Source: Fibrobacteria bacterium
GTDB taxonomy: Bacteria > Fibrobacterota > Fibrobacteria > UBA11236
Direction of reading: 5' to 3'
Assembly: GCA_043732185.1 (NCBI GenBank)
Contig: JAYTHY010000114.1
Span: 1-56,582 of the forward strand
DNA: 56,582 nucleotides
Numbering within the stretch: the first letter of the stretch is position 1; each line of letters starts with the position of its first letter. A program made the translations under genes and the position numbers. Under the pieces are notes generated by a model. The model saw nothing but the letters and a program-made list of their open reading frames with translations. It made no database searches and was not told the origin of the DNA. This document shows positions 10,701 to 20,734 of the stretch, piece by piece.

Positions 10701-12159
10701 ACTCGGTGTTGTCCACAGAATCCGTTAAGTGACATTGAATGTCACGCAACCATTCTTTGCGGCAGATAAAGGCATATGCAGGGATAGTTTTTTCCAAATG
10801 CATCTGCGGCAATATTGCGACAGAAGCGGTTTCCTCTTCTTTTTTGCAAAGGCGCAGTTGTTTGGCTTCTCCCAAAGTCATCAAGTCGCGTTTTTCTAGC
10901 CAATGGTTAAATAATGTCGAAAACTCGACTCCTGCCACGCAGAAAAGCAAATGACTTCCTGGAAGCAAATTGATGGCGATTTCTAAGGCTTGCTTGGCGG
11001 TGCATTCCATACCCAAGTTGAGGATACGCAGCTTGCCGCTCCCAGGAATATCTCCAGAAACAGTTTTTCCAGAACAGTTGAGGACTAGAATGTCAGGGCT
11101 AGGACAGGTAGGCAAAGTGTCCAAACTTTTATCCAGAAGTGTTATGCCCTCCGGTTTCCCTGGAGAAGCGATGTCGTTGCCGATAAAAATAAGGACAGTG
11201 ATGTTTTTCCATGCCGTTTGATCGGTTAGGCTGCTTTTCATATTGACCTCGACATTTTTCGGTTTCGATTTCATTTCCTGGATGAGGGGGAGCGAAGGGC
11301 TGAACCAGCCGATACCCCAGAGCTCCATGGCAGTCGGGACGAGGTCTGCGCCACCGTAGTGTGCGACTAACTTTTTGTACAAGGCATCAGTCGATTCCTG
11401 TGTCAAGTTATCGACATGTGTTTTGGATTCCGTTTTAAAACTTTTCTGACCTTCGTGGAAGACAAAAACATCGGAGGCAACTACCAGCTTTTTACCTTCA
11501 CTGCGCAGTCTCCAGCTCAAATCAAGGTCGTCATTTCCTAGGAACAAATTTTCGTCCATGCCGCCCATGGATGCATAGAGCTTTTTTGGCATCATCAAAC
11601 AAAAGCCGATTAGGATTTTGGAAAGAATGGCTTTCCCATCATTGGCTTCTTTTAGAATTCCTGCAATGTTCCCGATAATTTCCAGGGTTCCGGTTCCCGG
11701 GAATTGCTTGGTCGATTGCCAGACGGGAGGAAGGTTGAGATCCAGCCGTTGCAATCCTGCAACGTAATTTGAAACGGGTCCTACCGCGCCTACTAAAGGA
11801 TCTTGGAAGTACTTGGCCATGTCATTGGCCCAGTGTAGTGTCACTAAAGTATCCGGATTTAAAAAAATGAGAAATTCACCGACGGCGATTTCCGCACCCT
11901 GATTGCATGCCTTGGAAAATCCGTGATTGTCCCTATTTAAGATGGTGCGCACATCCACTTGTCTAGACAGGAAGGCTTGCGTCCCGTCTCTGGAATTATT
12001 GTCGACAACGATAATCTCCTGGTCGATCATGCTCAAGGATAAAGGATCCTGCGCAGACTTCCGTAGGGATTCCAGGCAAGTCTGGATATTCTCCAAGGAG
12101 TTGTAGGTAACAATGACTATGGAAAAGACTGGTTTTTTAGAACTGGTAGCTGAGTTCAT
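7780..12159 (-). CDS. Giant multidomain glycosyltransferase (two WbbL-like GT2 domains, degenerate middle domains, long TPR array)
   Basis: SIVIVTYNS..VVDNNSRDGT..FLNPD..GNDDLD and SIVILGFNQ..VDNGSHDGT..LNNDI..FEDDD; TPRs (ETYSHLG, RAMNNLG, QALNGLG). Confidence 0.9.
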   Translation of the reverse strand: MNSATSSKKPVFSIVIVTYNSLENIQTCLESLRKSAQDPLSLSMIDQEIIVVDNNSRDGTQAFLSRQVDVRTILNRDNHGFSKACNQGAEIAVGEFLIFLNPDTLVTLHWANDMAKYFQDPLVGAVGPVSNYVAGLQRLDLNLPPVWQSTKQFPGTGTLEIIGNIAGILKEANDGKAILSKILIGFCLMMPKKLYASMGGMDENLFLGNDDLDLSWRLRSEGKKLVVASDVFVFHEGQKSFKTESKTHVDNLTQESTDALYKKLVAHYGGADLVPTAMELWGIGWFSPSLPLIQEMKSKPKNVEVNMKSSLTDQTAWKNITVLIFIGNDIASPGKPEGITLLDKSLDTLPTCPSPDILVLNCSGKTVSGDIPGSGKLRILNLGMECTAKQALEIAINLLPGSHLLFCVAGVEFSTLFNHWLEKRDLMTLGEAKQLRLCKKEEETASVAILPQMHLEKTIPAYAFICRKEWLRDIQCHLTDSVDNTEYLNSLGKTINTANSAALDTNPTEPPWLTVSGPVLPTGRKSLMPESQNILLAEASSALDNIALYPDSLRAPMRAAHAIGFAGTAAELPAIAGSYKVFDSKGLLVPLAEQDLIILRVTPEMIENLDLRIRNIKILAKNLSRLVLVFNGNDAQGTKITEAAPLFPMDLTPNGIRAALHLAGFVITGMEPYKGFPQPDLDYSSLEGWTQVESVPREYKYNEEKLVSIVILGFNQVEYTKRCLESILKYTRQKIELILVDNGSHDGTSAYFHSIPNAKVIINSTNLGVAKGWNQGMRLATGEYILILNNDIIVGSNWLENMVRLAESDPEIGLVGPRSNYITGPQIVPNVPYNVEGEVQNFIEKWQKENELSAAEFVFVKGFCHLIPKRVFEQVGFYDERFGNGNFEDDDYCMRVHHHGFSAMIANDSFIHHFGSVSFKQDSVDWQQLMIENRKKYYAKWSKGPAAIHDTFVHETESPLLVDGRLAYERGEIQLAADRFLEAQANDPNNPETYSHLGVIQYHNKDFQSAVLLFLRSLELDEGNIDAAHNLHDSLKAGNGEITDADNALLIQRFPSNPVFQSSTYDKQIAYQAVQAPTMSTQLSAWKQEIESLIEANNFSRAIDAVEKKIKTDADKGACFNYLGIIANVCGDRELALEHFVTASKHSPNESDIIYNLADTYLELDRPFEAANLLRECGQIQKHTSSETAAEFNSSAEQIFGLLAMGKFDSNRYKISRDENQKGEKLLSEEKLAEAKSVFHSVLATDPQDFRAMNNLGIVAWNESNGDAALDYFFQCLAIRPVWFDAVVNAFDTALALGRIDEIMPFLEMAISNGSPHGKQFLAMQTHIQAYGPAIYSATGFDDLEASALVLKKAEVAAQENRTGDAILIYLESLKSRSGNPQALNGLGILAFQGRRYDDAFGLFQAATALHPLDQDILMNLWECAQSLRREKEVLPKLKLSLEQNPALEDIRAIVKEFA

Positions 12160-12520
12160 TCTTAACCAGCGCTAGAATTTTTTCTGCCATTTCCGCGCTC
12201 AAAGTTTCCAGAGTTCCGTTCGCTTGGCTGTTGCTTAGGTTGGCTGCATGGTTTTGCTTGGCCAATGCCCGTTTCGCGCCGGCAATCGAATACCCGTCTT
12301 CCTTCAGCATTTTGAAGATCATGCGTAGCTTGTGGATTTGCATGTCACCGTAACGGCGTTGCTTCCCCATGGTGCGAGGGGCAACCAGAAAATCGGAAAA
12401 CTCTTTTTCCCAATACCGGATGGTATGCGGCGGCACGCCGATGATCCGGGCTGCATCGCGAATGCTGATTAAGGGTTCTGATTTTATGCTTTCTAGTGTT
12501 TCCATCGTATCCGTTAACAT
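12137..12520 (-). CDS. MerR-family HTH transcriptional regulator without effector domain
   Basis: ISIRDAARIIGVPPHTIRYWEKEF..GKQRRY..EDGYSIAGAK. Start set at ATG 12520 (RBS GAAAGGG); overlaps next gene by 23 bp. Confidence 0.88.
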   Translation of the reverse strand: MLTDTMETLESIKSEPLISIRDAARIIGVPPHTIRYWEKEFSDFLVAPRTMGKQRRYGDMQIHKLRMIFKMLKEDGYSIAGAKRALAKQNHAANLSNSQANGTLETLSAEMAEKILALVKNELSYQF

Positions 12521-12563
12521 ATGCGCCCTTTCGTTTGGCGTTTTTGGTTCTGGTAAGGTATAG

Positions 12564-12580
12564 AGCAAAACCGGGACCAA
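12564..12580 (-). promoter_or_regulatory. Sigma54 (-24/-12) type promoter
   Basis: Minus strand TTGGTCCCGGTTTTGCT = GG-N10-GC with TTGC at -12, about 44 bp upstream of the MerR start. Confidence 0.65.
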
Positions 12581-12802
12581 TGTTTTTACCCGGCTAACAT
12601 TGCCGAAAAGAGCTCGAATTAAGCCAAATGTTGAAGTTTGACACGAAGAAACTCTGTAGAGCAAGAGAAAAAAATTCCCTGAATGAGGCCCGGGGTCGGT
12701 AAAAAGTTCAAGTGATCCTAAATCAGAAATATTGCAGAATGAGTGCCATCGGGGCGAATACTGGGTTGTGCCCAAGTACTCGTATAGCTTGAGGGAGTTG
12801 GG

Positions 12803-13867
12803 TTAAACGCTCAGATTCACAAGATATCGAGCTCGGCATAACTCAGATTCACGTATTGATAATTGCTTGTCTCCAAATTCCATTCCAGATTCAGATAAAA
12901 GGTAAACTCCTAGCACATCATTTATGTGCTGGAATACTTCAGCTTTGGAAATGCGCAACCAGAACTCATAGTCACCAGCGGATTTCATGTATTGGTCGAA
13001 GTATCCATATTTCTGGTGCAGACTTTTCCTCCATAAGGGTTGTGGGCCGACAAAACATTGCCTAAACAACTCAATTCTATCAAACTCCGGTAATATAATA
13101 CGCACCAAATCCAAACTCAAAACCGTGTCGTTTTCTTTTCGCGTAGCGGCAAAATCACCGTAAACTAAAGCGATATTCTTGCGTTCATCTAGTAGCGTGG
13201 CCATTCTTTCCAATGTGTCCGCAACGTGCCGATCATCTGCATTGGCGTTTGTGAGATAGACTCCATGGGCCAGCAATACTCCAATGTTCCACGCTGCATA
13301 AATTCCGATTCTGATTGGGGTGCGGATATAAGTTATATTCGAATGTCTTCGCTGGTATTCTTGGGCTATTTTACCTTCGCCCTGCGGCGAGTCTGCGTCG
13401 ATGAGAATAATCTCGATTTTTTGACCCAAAGTTTGGTTGAGTAAATCGTCCAGACAACCGCGTAAAAACCGTTCGGCATTGTAAAGAGATACAATTGCCG
13501 TTACCCGGTATGCATCATTTGCGAGTCGTCCCGGCCGAATCAGGCTTTTCTGTAACAGCTCACGCATTTCCAATTCTTCAGAGGCCATAACCGTTTCGCG
13601 AACTTCCACATCCATGGAGTTCCTGGCCAAGTAGTTTCGTAAGAAGGTGTTCCTTTCTTCTAATCTGCCTTTTACATTCAGTATTTCCGCGTAATTTAGG
13701 GCCGCATCGGTATAGTCAGATTGTATAGCCAAAGCTTTTTGGAGGGATTGCAGGGCAAGCTCAGTCTTATTCTGATTGTGGAGTAAAACTCCTAAGTCAT
13801 TATGGGAACGTTGATTTTTGGGATTACGAGTAAGGGCTAGGCGGATTTGACTTTCTGTTGCTTCCAT
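12803..13867 (-). CDS. TPR + GT2 glycosyltransferase
   Basis: N-terminal TPRs (SHNDLGVLL, AALNYA); VTAIVSLYN, IDADS, NANADD, AGDYEFWLR. Start set at ATG 13867 after GGAGGGG. Confidence 0.88.
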   Translation of the reverse strand: MEATESQIRLALTRNPKNQRSHNDLGVLLHNQNKTELALQSLQKALAIQSDYTDAALNYAEILNVKGRLEERNTFLRNYLARNSMDVEVRETVMASEELEMRELLQKSLIRPGRLANDAYRVTAIVSLYNAERFLRGCLDDLLNQTLGQKIEIILIDADSPQGEGKIAQEYQRRHSNITYIRTPIRIGIYAAWNIGVLLAHGVYLTNANADDRHVADTLERMATLLDERKNIALVYGDFAATRKENDTVLSLDLVRIILPEFDRIELFRQCFVGPQPLWRKSLHQKYGYFDQYMKSAGDYEFWLRISKAEVFQHINDVLGVYLLSESGMEFGDKQLSIRESELCRARYLVNLSV

Positions 13868-14013
13868 CGCTTCCCCTCCAAACTCATCTCGATTTCCCAC
13901 CCGAGGATTATCCCAATTCTTTCCACCTGCGGCATCTTATTAAAATTCAGATTCGTCGGCCGAAAATTTCCGTTAAAAAGGCGATAATTGAGCTATTTTC
14001 GACCTTTGCCAAT

Positions 14014-14032
14014 AAGACTGAGACTAAATCTT
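14014..14032. promoter_or_regulatory. Candidate metal-repressor (Fur/DtxR-type) operator
   Basis: 19-bp 9-1-9 imperfect palindrome AAGACTGAG-A-CTAAATCTT (7/9 arm match) upstream of feoA. Confidence 0.35.
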
Positions 14033-14088
14033 GCCTTTACAGGCCTTCGTAAGTAAGCTTATTTCTAGGTAGAGCCGCTTAAGGAAAA

Positions 14089-14376
14089 ATGATGGTCATG
14101 ATTCACAAAGAAAACACGTCACTTCCGGAGGTTCAAGTAACCACTGGGACCGTGGTTACTCTCAATACTTTACAGCCTGGACAAATCGCTACCATAGTAG
14201 ACATTCAAGCCGAGGCCAGTCTAAAAATGCATTTGCTCGAACTTGGCTTTGTGGCTGGGAGCTCAATCACCTTTCTCATGACCACCCCTTTTGGTGATCC
14301 CAACATTTACGCACTGCGCGGTACCTCGATTGCGCTGAGAAAGCGTGAGGCATTGTGCATCCGCGTATTGATTTAA
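14089..14376 (+). CDS. feoA: Ferrous iron transport protein A
   Basis: HLLELGFVAGS..PFGDP..LRGTSIALRKREA; directly before feoB. Confidence 0.93.
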   Translation: MMVMIHKENTSLPEVQVTTGTVVTLNTLQPGQIATIVDIQAEASLKMHLLELGFVAGSSITFLMTTPFGDPNIYALRGTSIALRKREALCIRVLI

Positions 14377-16385
14377 ACCCCTCTGATACCGCTCAAGCAG
14401 GTCAAGCCAAAACCTCCCAGCCCTTGGTGGCCTTGGTGGGTTCGGCCAACTCCGGCAAGACCACGTTATTTAATCTGCTAACTGGTTCCCATTACAGCAC
14501 GGTAAATTATCCGGGTGCTACAGTTGAATTTACGATTGGACAAGGCAAAATATTTTCCGGCCTCGCCTGTCGTGTCATGGATACGCCTGGAATTACCAGT
14601 ATGGTCCCAGCTTCCTTGGATGAAAAAGTTACCGTGGATGCCTTATTCGGGGAACACCGCCCGGATATACTCATTGTGGTAGTGGATGCCAATCAGCTTT
14701 CCAGGCATCTTTATCTTTTTAAACAGCTACAAGACATGGACTTTAATTTAGTCGTGGCACTTACCATGTGCGATTTGCTCCAATCCAAAGGCATGCAGAT
14801 CTCCGCTCCAAAATTGTCAGAGCTACTGGATTGCCCAGTATTTCCATTGGACCCAAGGCGTAAGGATAAAGCAGCAGAACTGGGCGCTCTGGTTGCCGAT
14901 ACCTTAGAAAAGTCTCTTGCCGACAAAAAATTTACGCGACCCGATAAGGACGCACATCAGCGCTTTATCTCAGAAATGTCGGAGGAGCGCATTCAGGACT
15001 ATTATCAGGCTTTGGACGCCATTGAAAAACTCGTCATCGAGTCCTCGGCAGACACTGCTAGCCATTCTCCTGTAAACATCGATCGACATCAAAAGGGCAC
15101 TCGTATGGATCGCATGCTGCTGCATCCTGTATACGGGCTTGCGATTTTTCTTGTGGCAATGTTCGTCATCTTTACCTCTATTTTTTGGCTGGCGTCTCCT
15201 TTCATGGACCTAATCGATTCCGGTTTTGGCTGGATCATCACTTCCGCCAAACATCTTTTGCCACATTCATGGGTTACGGATCTGTTTGCAGATGGTATAG
15301 TGGGTGGCATCGGATCGGTTATGGTATTTCTACCGCAAATCGTAATTTTATTTTTGGCCATGGGGTACCTTGAGGATTCCGGCTATCTAGCCAGAGGAGC
15401 AGCGTTGGTCGACCGCCCCTTGTCTATGATTGGCCTCAACGGAAAATCCTTCGTGCCACTCTTATCCGGATATGCCTGTGCCATTCCAGCCATGATGGCG
15501 GCGCGTACCATTCCCAATCGTTTCGAACGCAACCTGACCATCTTCATCATTCCACTTATGAGCTGCAGCGCCCGGTTACCCGTCTATGCTTTGCTCCTCG
15601 GCTTTATTACCCCCAGGGACAAGCCTTGGATCGGGGGCCTAGCCTTGACGGGCCTATATCTGGCGGGCATGCTGCTGGGTGCATTGGTCTCCACGGTAAT
15701 CAGCCGGTTACGTCGCGTAAAAGGGAGGTCGGATTTTATTTTGGAACTTCCGGCGCTGCGTATGCCGGTGTTGAAAATAGTCGTCACTTCCACGTACCAC
15801 AAAGCCGTGCAGTATTTGCGCAAAGCAGGATTCATGATTGTGGTCATATCCCTGGGGCTTTGGATTTTGACACATACACCGGTGGTTGCAAGCCTGCCCG
15901 CCGTCAGTGAACCTGGTATGAATAGCCAGCCCGCCGCCGCGCAAGAATATGTGGCCGTAGCGAACTCCTATGCTTCTCAGTTAGGTAGGATTATTGAGCC
16001 GGTCATGCGTCCCATGGGACTAGACTGGCGCGGCGGCGTGGCCATGATGTGCGCCTTTGCGGCACGCGAAGTTTTTGTCAGCGCCATGGCACTCATGTAT
16101 CGCATCGATGAAGCCAAAGGGGATGGCCTGGCGGACCGGATGCTTGTGCGCATGTCCGAAGTACGCTTTGAAGATACAGGGAAAAAAATATTCACCGTGT
16201 CCTCGGTATTGGGAATGATTCTTTTTTTCATGATTGCCCTACAATGCCTATCCACCGTTGCGGTATCCAAGCATGAATCCGGCGGCTGGAAATTGCCTGC
16301 GGCGCAGCTTTTATTATATACCGGCGGCGCTTACGTGTTGGCCGTAACTTTGGTGCAGGGCCTACGTGTTTTGGGTTTTCCTTGA
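14355..16385 (+). CDS. feoB: Ferrous iron transport protein B
   Basis: GSANSGKTT, NYPGATVE, DTPG; LEDSGYLAR, GYACAIPAMMA, MSCSARLPVY, FAAREVFVS, QCLSTVA. Confidence 0.95.
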   Translation: MHPRIDLNPSDTAQAGQAKTSQPLVALVGSANSGKTTLFNLLTGSHYSTVNYPGATVEFTIGQGKIFSGLACRVMDTPGITSMVPASLDEKVTVDALFGEHRPDILIVVVDANQLSRHLYLFKQLQDMDFNLVVALTMCDLLQSKGMQISAPKLSELLDCPVFPLDPRRKDKAAELGALVADTLEKSLADKKFTRPDKDAHQRFISEMSEERIQDYYQALDAIEKLVIESSADTASHSPVNIDRHQKGTRMDRMLLHPVYGLAIFLVAMFVIFTSIFWLASPFMDLIDSGFGWIITSAKHLLPHSWVTDLFADGIVGGIGSVMVFLPQIVILFLAMGYLEDSGYLARGAALVDRPLSMIGLNGKSFVPLLSGYACAIPAMMAARTIPNRFERNLTIFIIPLMSCSARLPVYALLLGFITPRDKPWIGGLALTGLYLAGMLLGALVSTVISRLRRVKGRSDFILELPALRMPVLKIVVTSTYHKAVQYLRKAGFMIVVISLGLWILTHTPVVASLPAVSEPGMNSQPAAAQEYVAVANSYASQLGRIIEPVMRPMGLDWRGGVAMMCAFAAREVFVSAMALMYRIDEAKGDGLADRMLVRMSEVRFEDTGKKIFTVSSVLGMILFFMIALQCLSTVAVSKHESGGWKLPAAQLLLYTGGAYVLAVTLVQGLRVLGFP

Positions 16386-16423
16386 GTCTGAGAAATAACC
16401 AGAATTAAACTACCTTCACCTGC

Positions 16424-16786
16424 ATGACCATGAAGCTCTATAAGTCTTTCGGATTTGAAGCCGCCCATTTTTTGCCAAAGGTACCCGTTGGACACAAATG
16501 CGGCCGAATCCACGGCCATAGTTTTCGCTGCGAGATCGAAGTTACCGGCCCTGTAGATCCCGAAACCGGTTGGGTGATGGATTTTGCCGACATAAAAAAA
16601 GCCTTCAAGCCAGTGGAAGACGCCCTCGATCACCGATTCCTTAACGAGGATGTTACCGAGCTAACCAACCCAACGTCTGAGGTCATTTGCAAATGGATTT
16701 GGGATCAGTTGAAACCCAAGTTGCCGCTGCTCAGTGCGGTTATATTGCATGAAACCTGTACAGCGCGGTCAGAATTTAGGGGATAG
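16424..16786 (+). CDS. queD: 6-carboxy-5,6,7,8-tetrahydropterin synthase
   Basis: [37 protein letters not shown]. Confidence 0.95.
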   Translation: MTMKLYKSFGFEAAHFLPKVPVGHKCGRIHGHSFRCEIEVTGPVDPETGWVMDFADIKKAFKPVEDALDHRFLNEDVTELTNPTSEVICKWIWDQLKPKLPLLSAVILHETCTARSEFRG

Positions 16787-16850
16787 CGCTGCTGCCTTAG
16801 ACGTCATCTCTACGTTACCTTTTTTTGGCAATAGTATGCCCGGTAAAGAA

Positions 16851-17957
16851 TTATTTCGATTGCCCTAGGGTGTTGAATTTTTCCTTTTCAAATCCGGGGC
16901 GGTTCCACTCCCAATGACCAACATCTTTTGCATTCGATCCGGATGGGTGAGCGAAATTCGTTCGCCTAAGGTAGAAGGGGAGTGTTGAACTGGAATGGAT
17001 GTACAGGTTTTCGAAGTAAAAATTATTTCCTCTTCCAAAGGGCTTCGAAACAACATCCGCATCGCCATCCCCATCGATATCAAACGCAATTCCTTCATGG
17101 CCCGTGGTCCCGGCTGACACAATATGCTCGATCCAATTCCCTCCTTTACCATCGGTATTTTCCCATACATAGGCTTGTGGAATTCCAATCGAACCGGGAC
17201 CACCAAAAGAGAAAATATCCCAGTCCCCATCCCCCTCCAGTATGCGAGCCTTTCCAGAAAGACCCCAAAGTCCCACCTGTCCAAAATCGATATTGATGTG
17301 CTCGGTCCAAACTAATCCCTTGCCATTTGTGTTTTCGAACCAACGATCCATTCTGGAAATATCCATGTCTCCATCGCCATCCATGTCGCCAACGGCTATG
17401 CCTCCGTGTTGCATTAGGTTCGTCGTCGACCCGTTGACTTTATGTGTTGTCCAGGGAAGGCAGCGTGAATCCGCTGGCACCGTAAACCATCGAATACCGT
17501 CGTAGTCAATATTAATGATGTCCTTTTTGCCATCCCCATCGATATCAGCGGCGAGCATATCATGAACATATTCCTGTGCACTATCCCTGCACAGCTGAAA
17601 AGCCGAATCGCGCGGGTGCCCGGTATTTCGATACCAAAATGTTCCGGCCACCTTATCCATCCACCCGTCTCCATCTATATCTAAAGCGACGGCACCCACA
17701 TCTGTATTATCGGAGTCGCTAACCAGATGTTCTGCCCAGCCAGCAATTCCTAAATTTTCAAACCAATAAGAACGTCCGCCCCGGCCTTCGCCGGAAAAAA
17801 AATCAGTGTCTCCATCCCGGTCGATATCGGCGGGTAACAGACTTTCTTTATTCCATGTTTCAGGTGCGGAAATAAGGTGAAGTTCAAATCCTGGCATCGA
17901 CATGGAGAGTCCAACTCCAAGGAAACAGATTAAGTCGAATATGCGCCAGTTTGCCAC
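16851..17957 (-). CDS. Secreted FG-GAP/VCBS repeat protein, probably with an in-frame internal deletion
   Basis: Repeated DIDGDGxxD / WFEN motifs; an abrupt ARILE-GDGDWD join suggests lost repeats; C-tail FNTLGQ. Confidence 0.7.
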   Translation of the reverse strand: MANWRIFDLICFLGVGLSMSMPGFELHLISAPETWNKESLLPADIDRDGDTDFFSGEGRGGRSYWFENLGIAGWAEHLVSDSDNTDVGAVALDIDGDGWMDKVAGTFWYRNTGHPRDSAFQLCRDSAQEYVHDMLAADIDGDGKKDIINIDYDGIRWFTVPADSRCLPWTTHKVNGSTTNLMQHGGIAVGDMDGDGDMDISRMDRWFENTNGKGLVWTEHINIDFGQVGLWGLSGKARILEGDGDWDIFSFGGPGSIGIPQAYVWENTDGKGGNWIEHIVSAGTTGHEGIAFDIDGDGDADVVSKPFGRGNNFYFENLYIHSSSTLPFYLRRTNFAHPSGSNAKDVGHWEWNRPGFEKEKFNTLGQSK

Positions 17958-18118
17958 TAAATTAAGATACTGAAGATTTCGAATTGTTTCTAATCAGCTC
18001 AATAAATATTCAATACAACCTTGGCATTCCGGTACTAATGCGGATAGGCTGGATGAATCAGCCGATCCTAAAATAATGTTCACACCACCAACACCACCTT
18101 TTATTGATCAGGTATATT

Positions 18119-19791
18119 ATGGACATGCCTGTCGGAATACTTTTCCTTCGATTAGTGCTGGCCCTACTTCTCACAAACATCCTATCGGTTCAAGCGCAGG
18201 ATCTGGATTCTTCTTTCGAAGGAAACTTTCCCACGTACACGGGTCCCGTGCGCGTCGTCCATCCAAATTACCGTATTTTTTCTCTCACTCCTGAAGGATA
18301 CCAGTTTAAAGTAACGGGAATGGATTGGATGGCCAATGGGGATTTGGCATTGGTAACTATTGGGGATACGGTTTTCCCAGAATTTGGAGGAGGCCGTGGA
18401 GAAGTTTATCTCCTCCAGGGCGCCCGGGATGCGGCTTCGAATGCGATAGACGTGCGACGGCGTTACAGAAAATCATCACTTATCCAGAACACTCCACAGC
18501 CAGTTTAGGTTTGTGGAACGCGAACGTGATTCATTTCGGAAACCGATTCTATACAGCGTTGGGGGCATACCATTATGTGGACTCCACATCAAACAATGGA
18601 ACTTGCACTCCCAAACAGACCCGTGGAACCATCCATAGCACGGACGCAACTGGGAACGAGGAATTTTTGGGGTCCGGACTGCGCGAGCCCAATGGATTGG
18701 TAATGGGTCCAGATGGGGAATTGTTCGCAACGGACAATGACGGTGAATGGGTTCCCAGTAATAAGCTGGTACACATCCGCAAGGACGGTTTCTATGGCAT
18801 GTGCGTCGGCACTTCTTGGGATGCGAACCTGGTAATTTCCCGACCGGCAGTGTGGTTTCCGCAGCTTTTACGATCACCTGGTCAACCGGTTCTTCCCCAT
18901 TCAGGAATCTACCGCGACCAGATGGTGGTGGGAGATTATGCCTTACTGACGTTGAGTCGAATATTTCTGGAAAAGGTTGGAGGCAATTACCAGGGTGCCC
19001 TATTTCCGTTCTCGGGCGGATTGATTTCAGGAGCATTGCGCCTCGCAGTAGACGATAAGGAAAGTCTCTACATGGGTGAAATTGAAATCGAATCCACGGA
19101 AGGTTGGTTCTACAAAGGGGATCCCAAGTACCGGCCGAACCATGTTGGATTCGGGCTCCAGAAGATTATACATTCCAGCGATTCGGCTTTTGAAATGCTG
19201 GCAATACGCGCAACCGAGAAAGGCTTCGCGGTGGAATTTACTCTGCCCGTCGGAGAAATGGCCGGCGATCCTACAAATTACCGGATCCAACAATGGCGCT
19301 ACGAACCGACCTTTAACTATGGCGGGCCCATGCTCGATTTGGAAACCTTGCCTGTCACCACAACCATTGTATCGAAGAGTGATAAAGTGGTTGTATTGGA
19401 AATCCCAGGATTGAAGACGGACCGGGTCGTCCATATCCAATTGCATAAGGATTTCCGATCCGCCACAGGCAAGAAACCGTGGGTATATGAAGCCTGGTAT
19501 ACTCTAAACGCAATCCCTAACCCAGGGAACGGAATACATCCAGTATCGGCACCGGAGGTGCAACATGCATTCACCATCATGCACGAGGGATGCGGTAGGA
19601 TTTCTATTCGCGTACAACTCAAGAGTAGATATTCACTGCGAGTAGCAAACCTTCGTGGGGAGCATATATTTTCTGCCCAGGGATCCGGTCCTGCGATATT
19701 TCCTTTGGATCCGGGATTACATCAGGGCGTATATTCGATTTCACTCAATGACGAACACCAATGCATTCGGAGTCTGATTCAAGCTTTTTAA
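18119..19791 (+). pseudogene. Split secreted beta-propeller protein (sugar-dehydrogenase-like/DUF7133-type) with T9SS-like CTD
   Basis: Signal peptide + VTGMDW..GEVYLL in one frame; GLREPNG, TDNDGEWVP, YQGALF, FEMLAIRA, YGGP in another; frame switch near 18460. Confidence 0.7.
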
Positions 19792-19987
19792 ATAGCGAGT
19801 CAGTTCCCACGTCCATAACCCCATTAACCAAGGTTTCCACGATCTGCCTGTACCCCAGGTAGGCTAGGCTCCCAGGGACACGACTGAAGCCAGTGGCAGG
19901 CAATTAATCGTTCGTCTCAGCAATCTAAACGAAAATCATTGTGCCAATTGTAACAGACCTGAGTATTATCCTGCCAGGGGGTCATTC

Positions 19988-20734
19988 ATGAAAAATCAAA
20001 TTTCTATTTACTTACGCTCGGTTTTGTGTACCAGCATTGGCGTGGCGTCAATCGCTCTGGTATTTTATTCCTGTGGTGGAAGTACGGGTCCTTATCAAGC
20101 CAGCATTTATAATAATCCTGGAACAGGGACATCCACTTTGCTGGTGACAGCTGATATTACCGCTAATAATAATGCGAACGCCATCGGTGGTTTCAGCATT
20201 GATTACAATGTAGTCGTGCAAGACAGTATGAAAAATCCTATAGATTCAGCAATTGTAACGATTCAAAACGCTGGTGTTGGGCCGCTTGTCCTACCGGAAA
20301 CGAGACTCCCAAACGGCGGGAACCGAGGTTCAGGAACCTATCGACTTAACGGTGCCGTTTTTCCAAATGGAGATTTCCAGTTGGATGTGGTTAAAGGTGC
20401 CAACAATATCCACGGCGTTGTCCTAGGTGGACCCATGCTATTTTCTATTCTCTTCCCTTTGCAAAATGACACCTTGCCAGCGGACTCGGCTGTCACGGTG
20501 CGTTGGTCGGTACCCGTAACCGCTAAATCCGCCATTGTTGAAACACGTGATTTTGGCCCCCAGACCGTGGCTGATTCAGGAGCCTTTCAAATACTCGGCA
20601 CAGACAATCCCGCACGTGGGAATCAGCGGGTAAGGGTAACCCGTTCAAATGATGTGGATATTGCCGGAGGCTTGGCAGGCTCAAGGATGCGAGTCAATAT
20701 GCGGATAACCGTTGAGCCGATACTCGTTAGATAA
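19988..20734 (+). CDS. Hypothetical lipoprotein (beta-rich)
   Basis: 248 aa; lipobox FYSC followed by Gly/Thr-rich linker. Confidence 0.7.
   Translation: MKNQISIYLRSVLCTSIGVASIALVFYSCGGSTGPYQASIYNNPGTGTSTLLVTADITANNNANAIGGFSIDYNVVVQDSMKNPIDSAIVTIQNAGVGPLVLPETRLPNGGNRGSGTYRLNGAVFPNGDFQLDVVKGANNIHGVVLGGPMLFSILFPLQNDTLPADSAVTVRWSVPVTAKSAIVETRDFGPQTVADSGAFQILGTDNPARGNQRVRVTRSNDVDIAGGLAGSRMRVNMRITVEPILVR

Noticed and set aside
12521..12775. 85-aa N-terminal extension on MerR
   Set aside because: Non-protein-like; contains the sigma54-type promoter; good RBS at 12520
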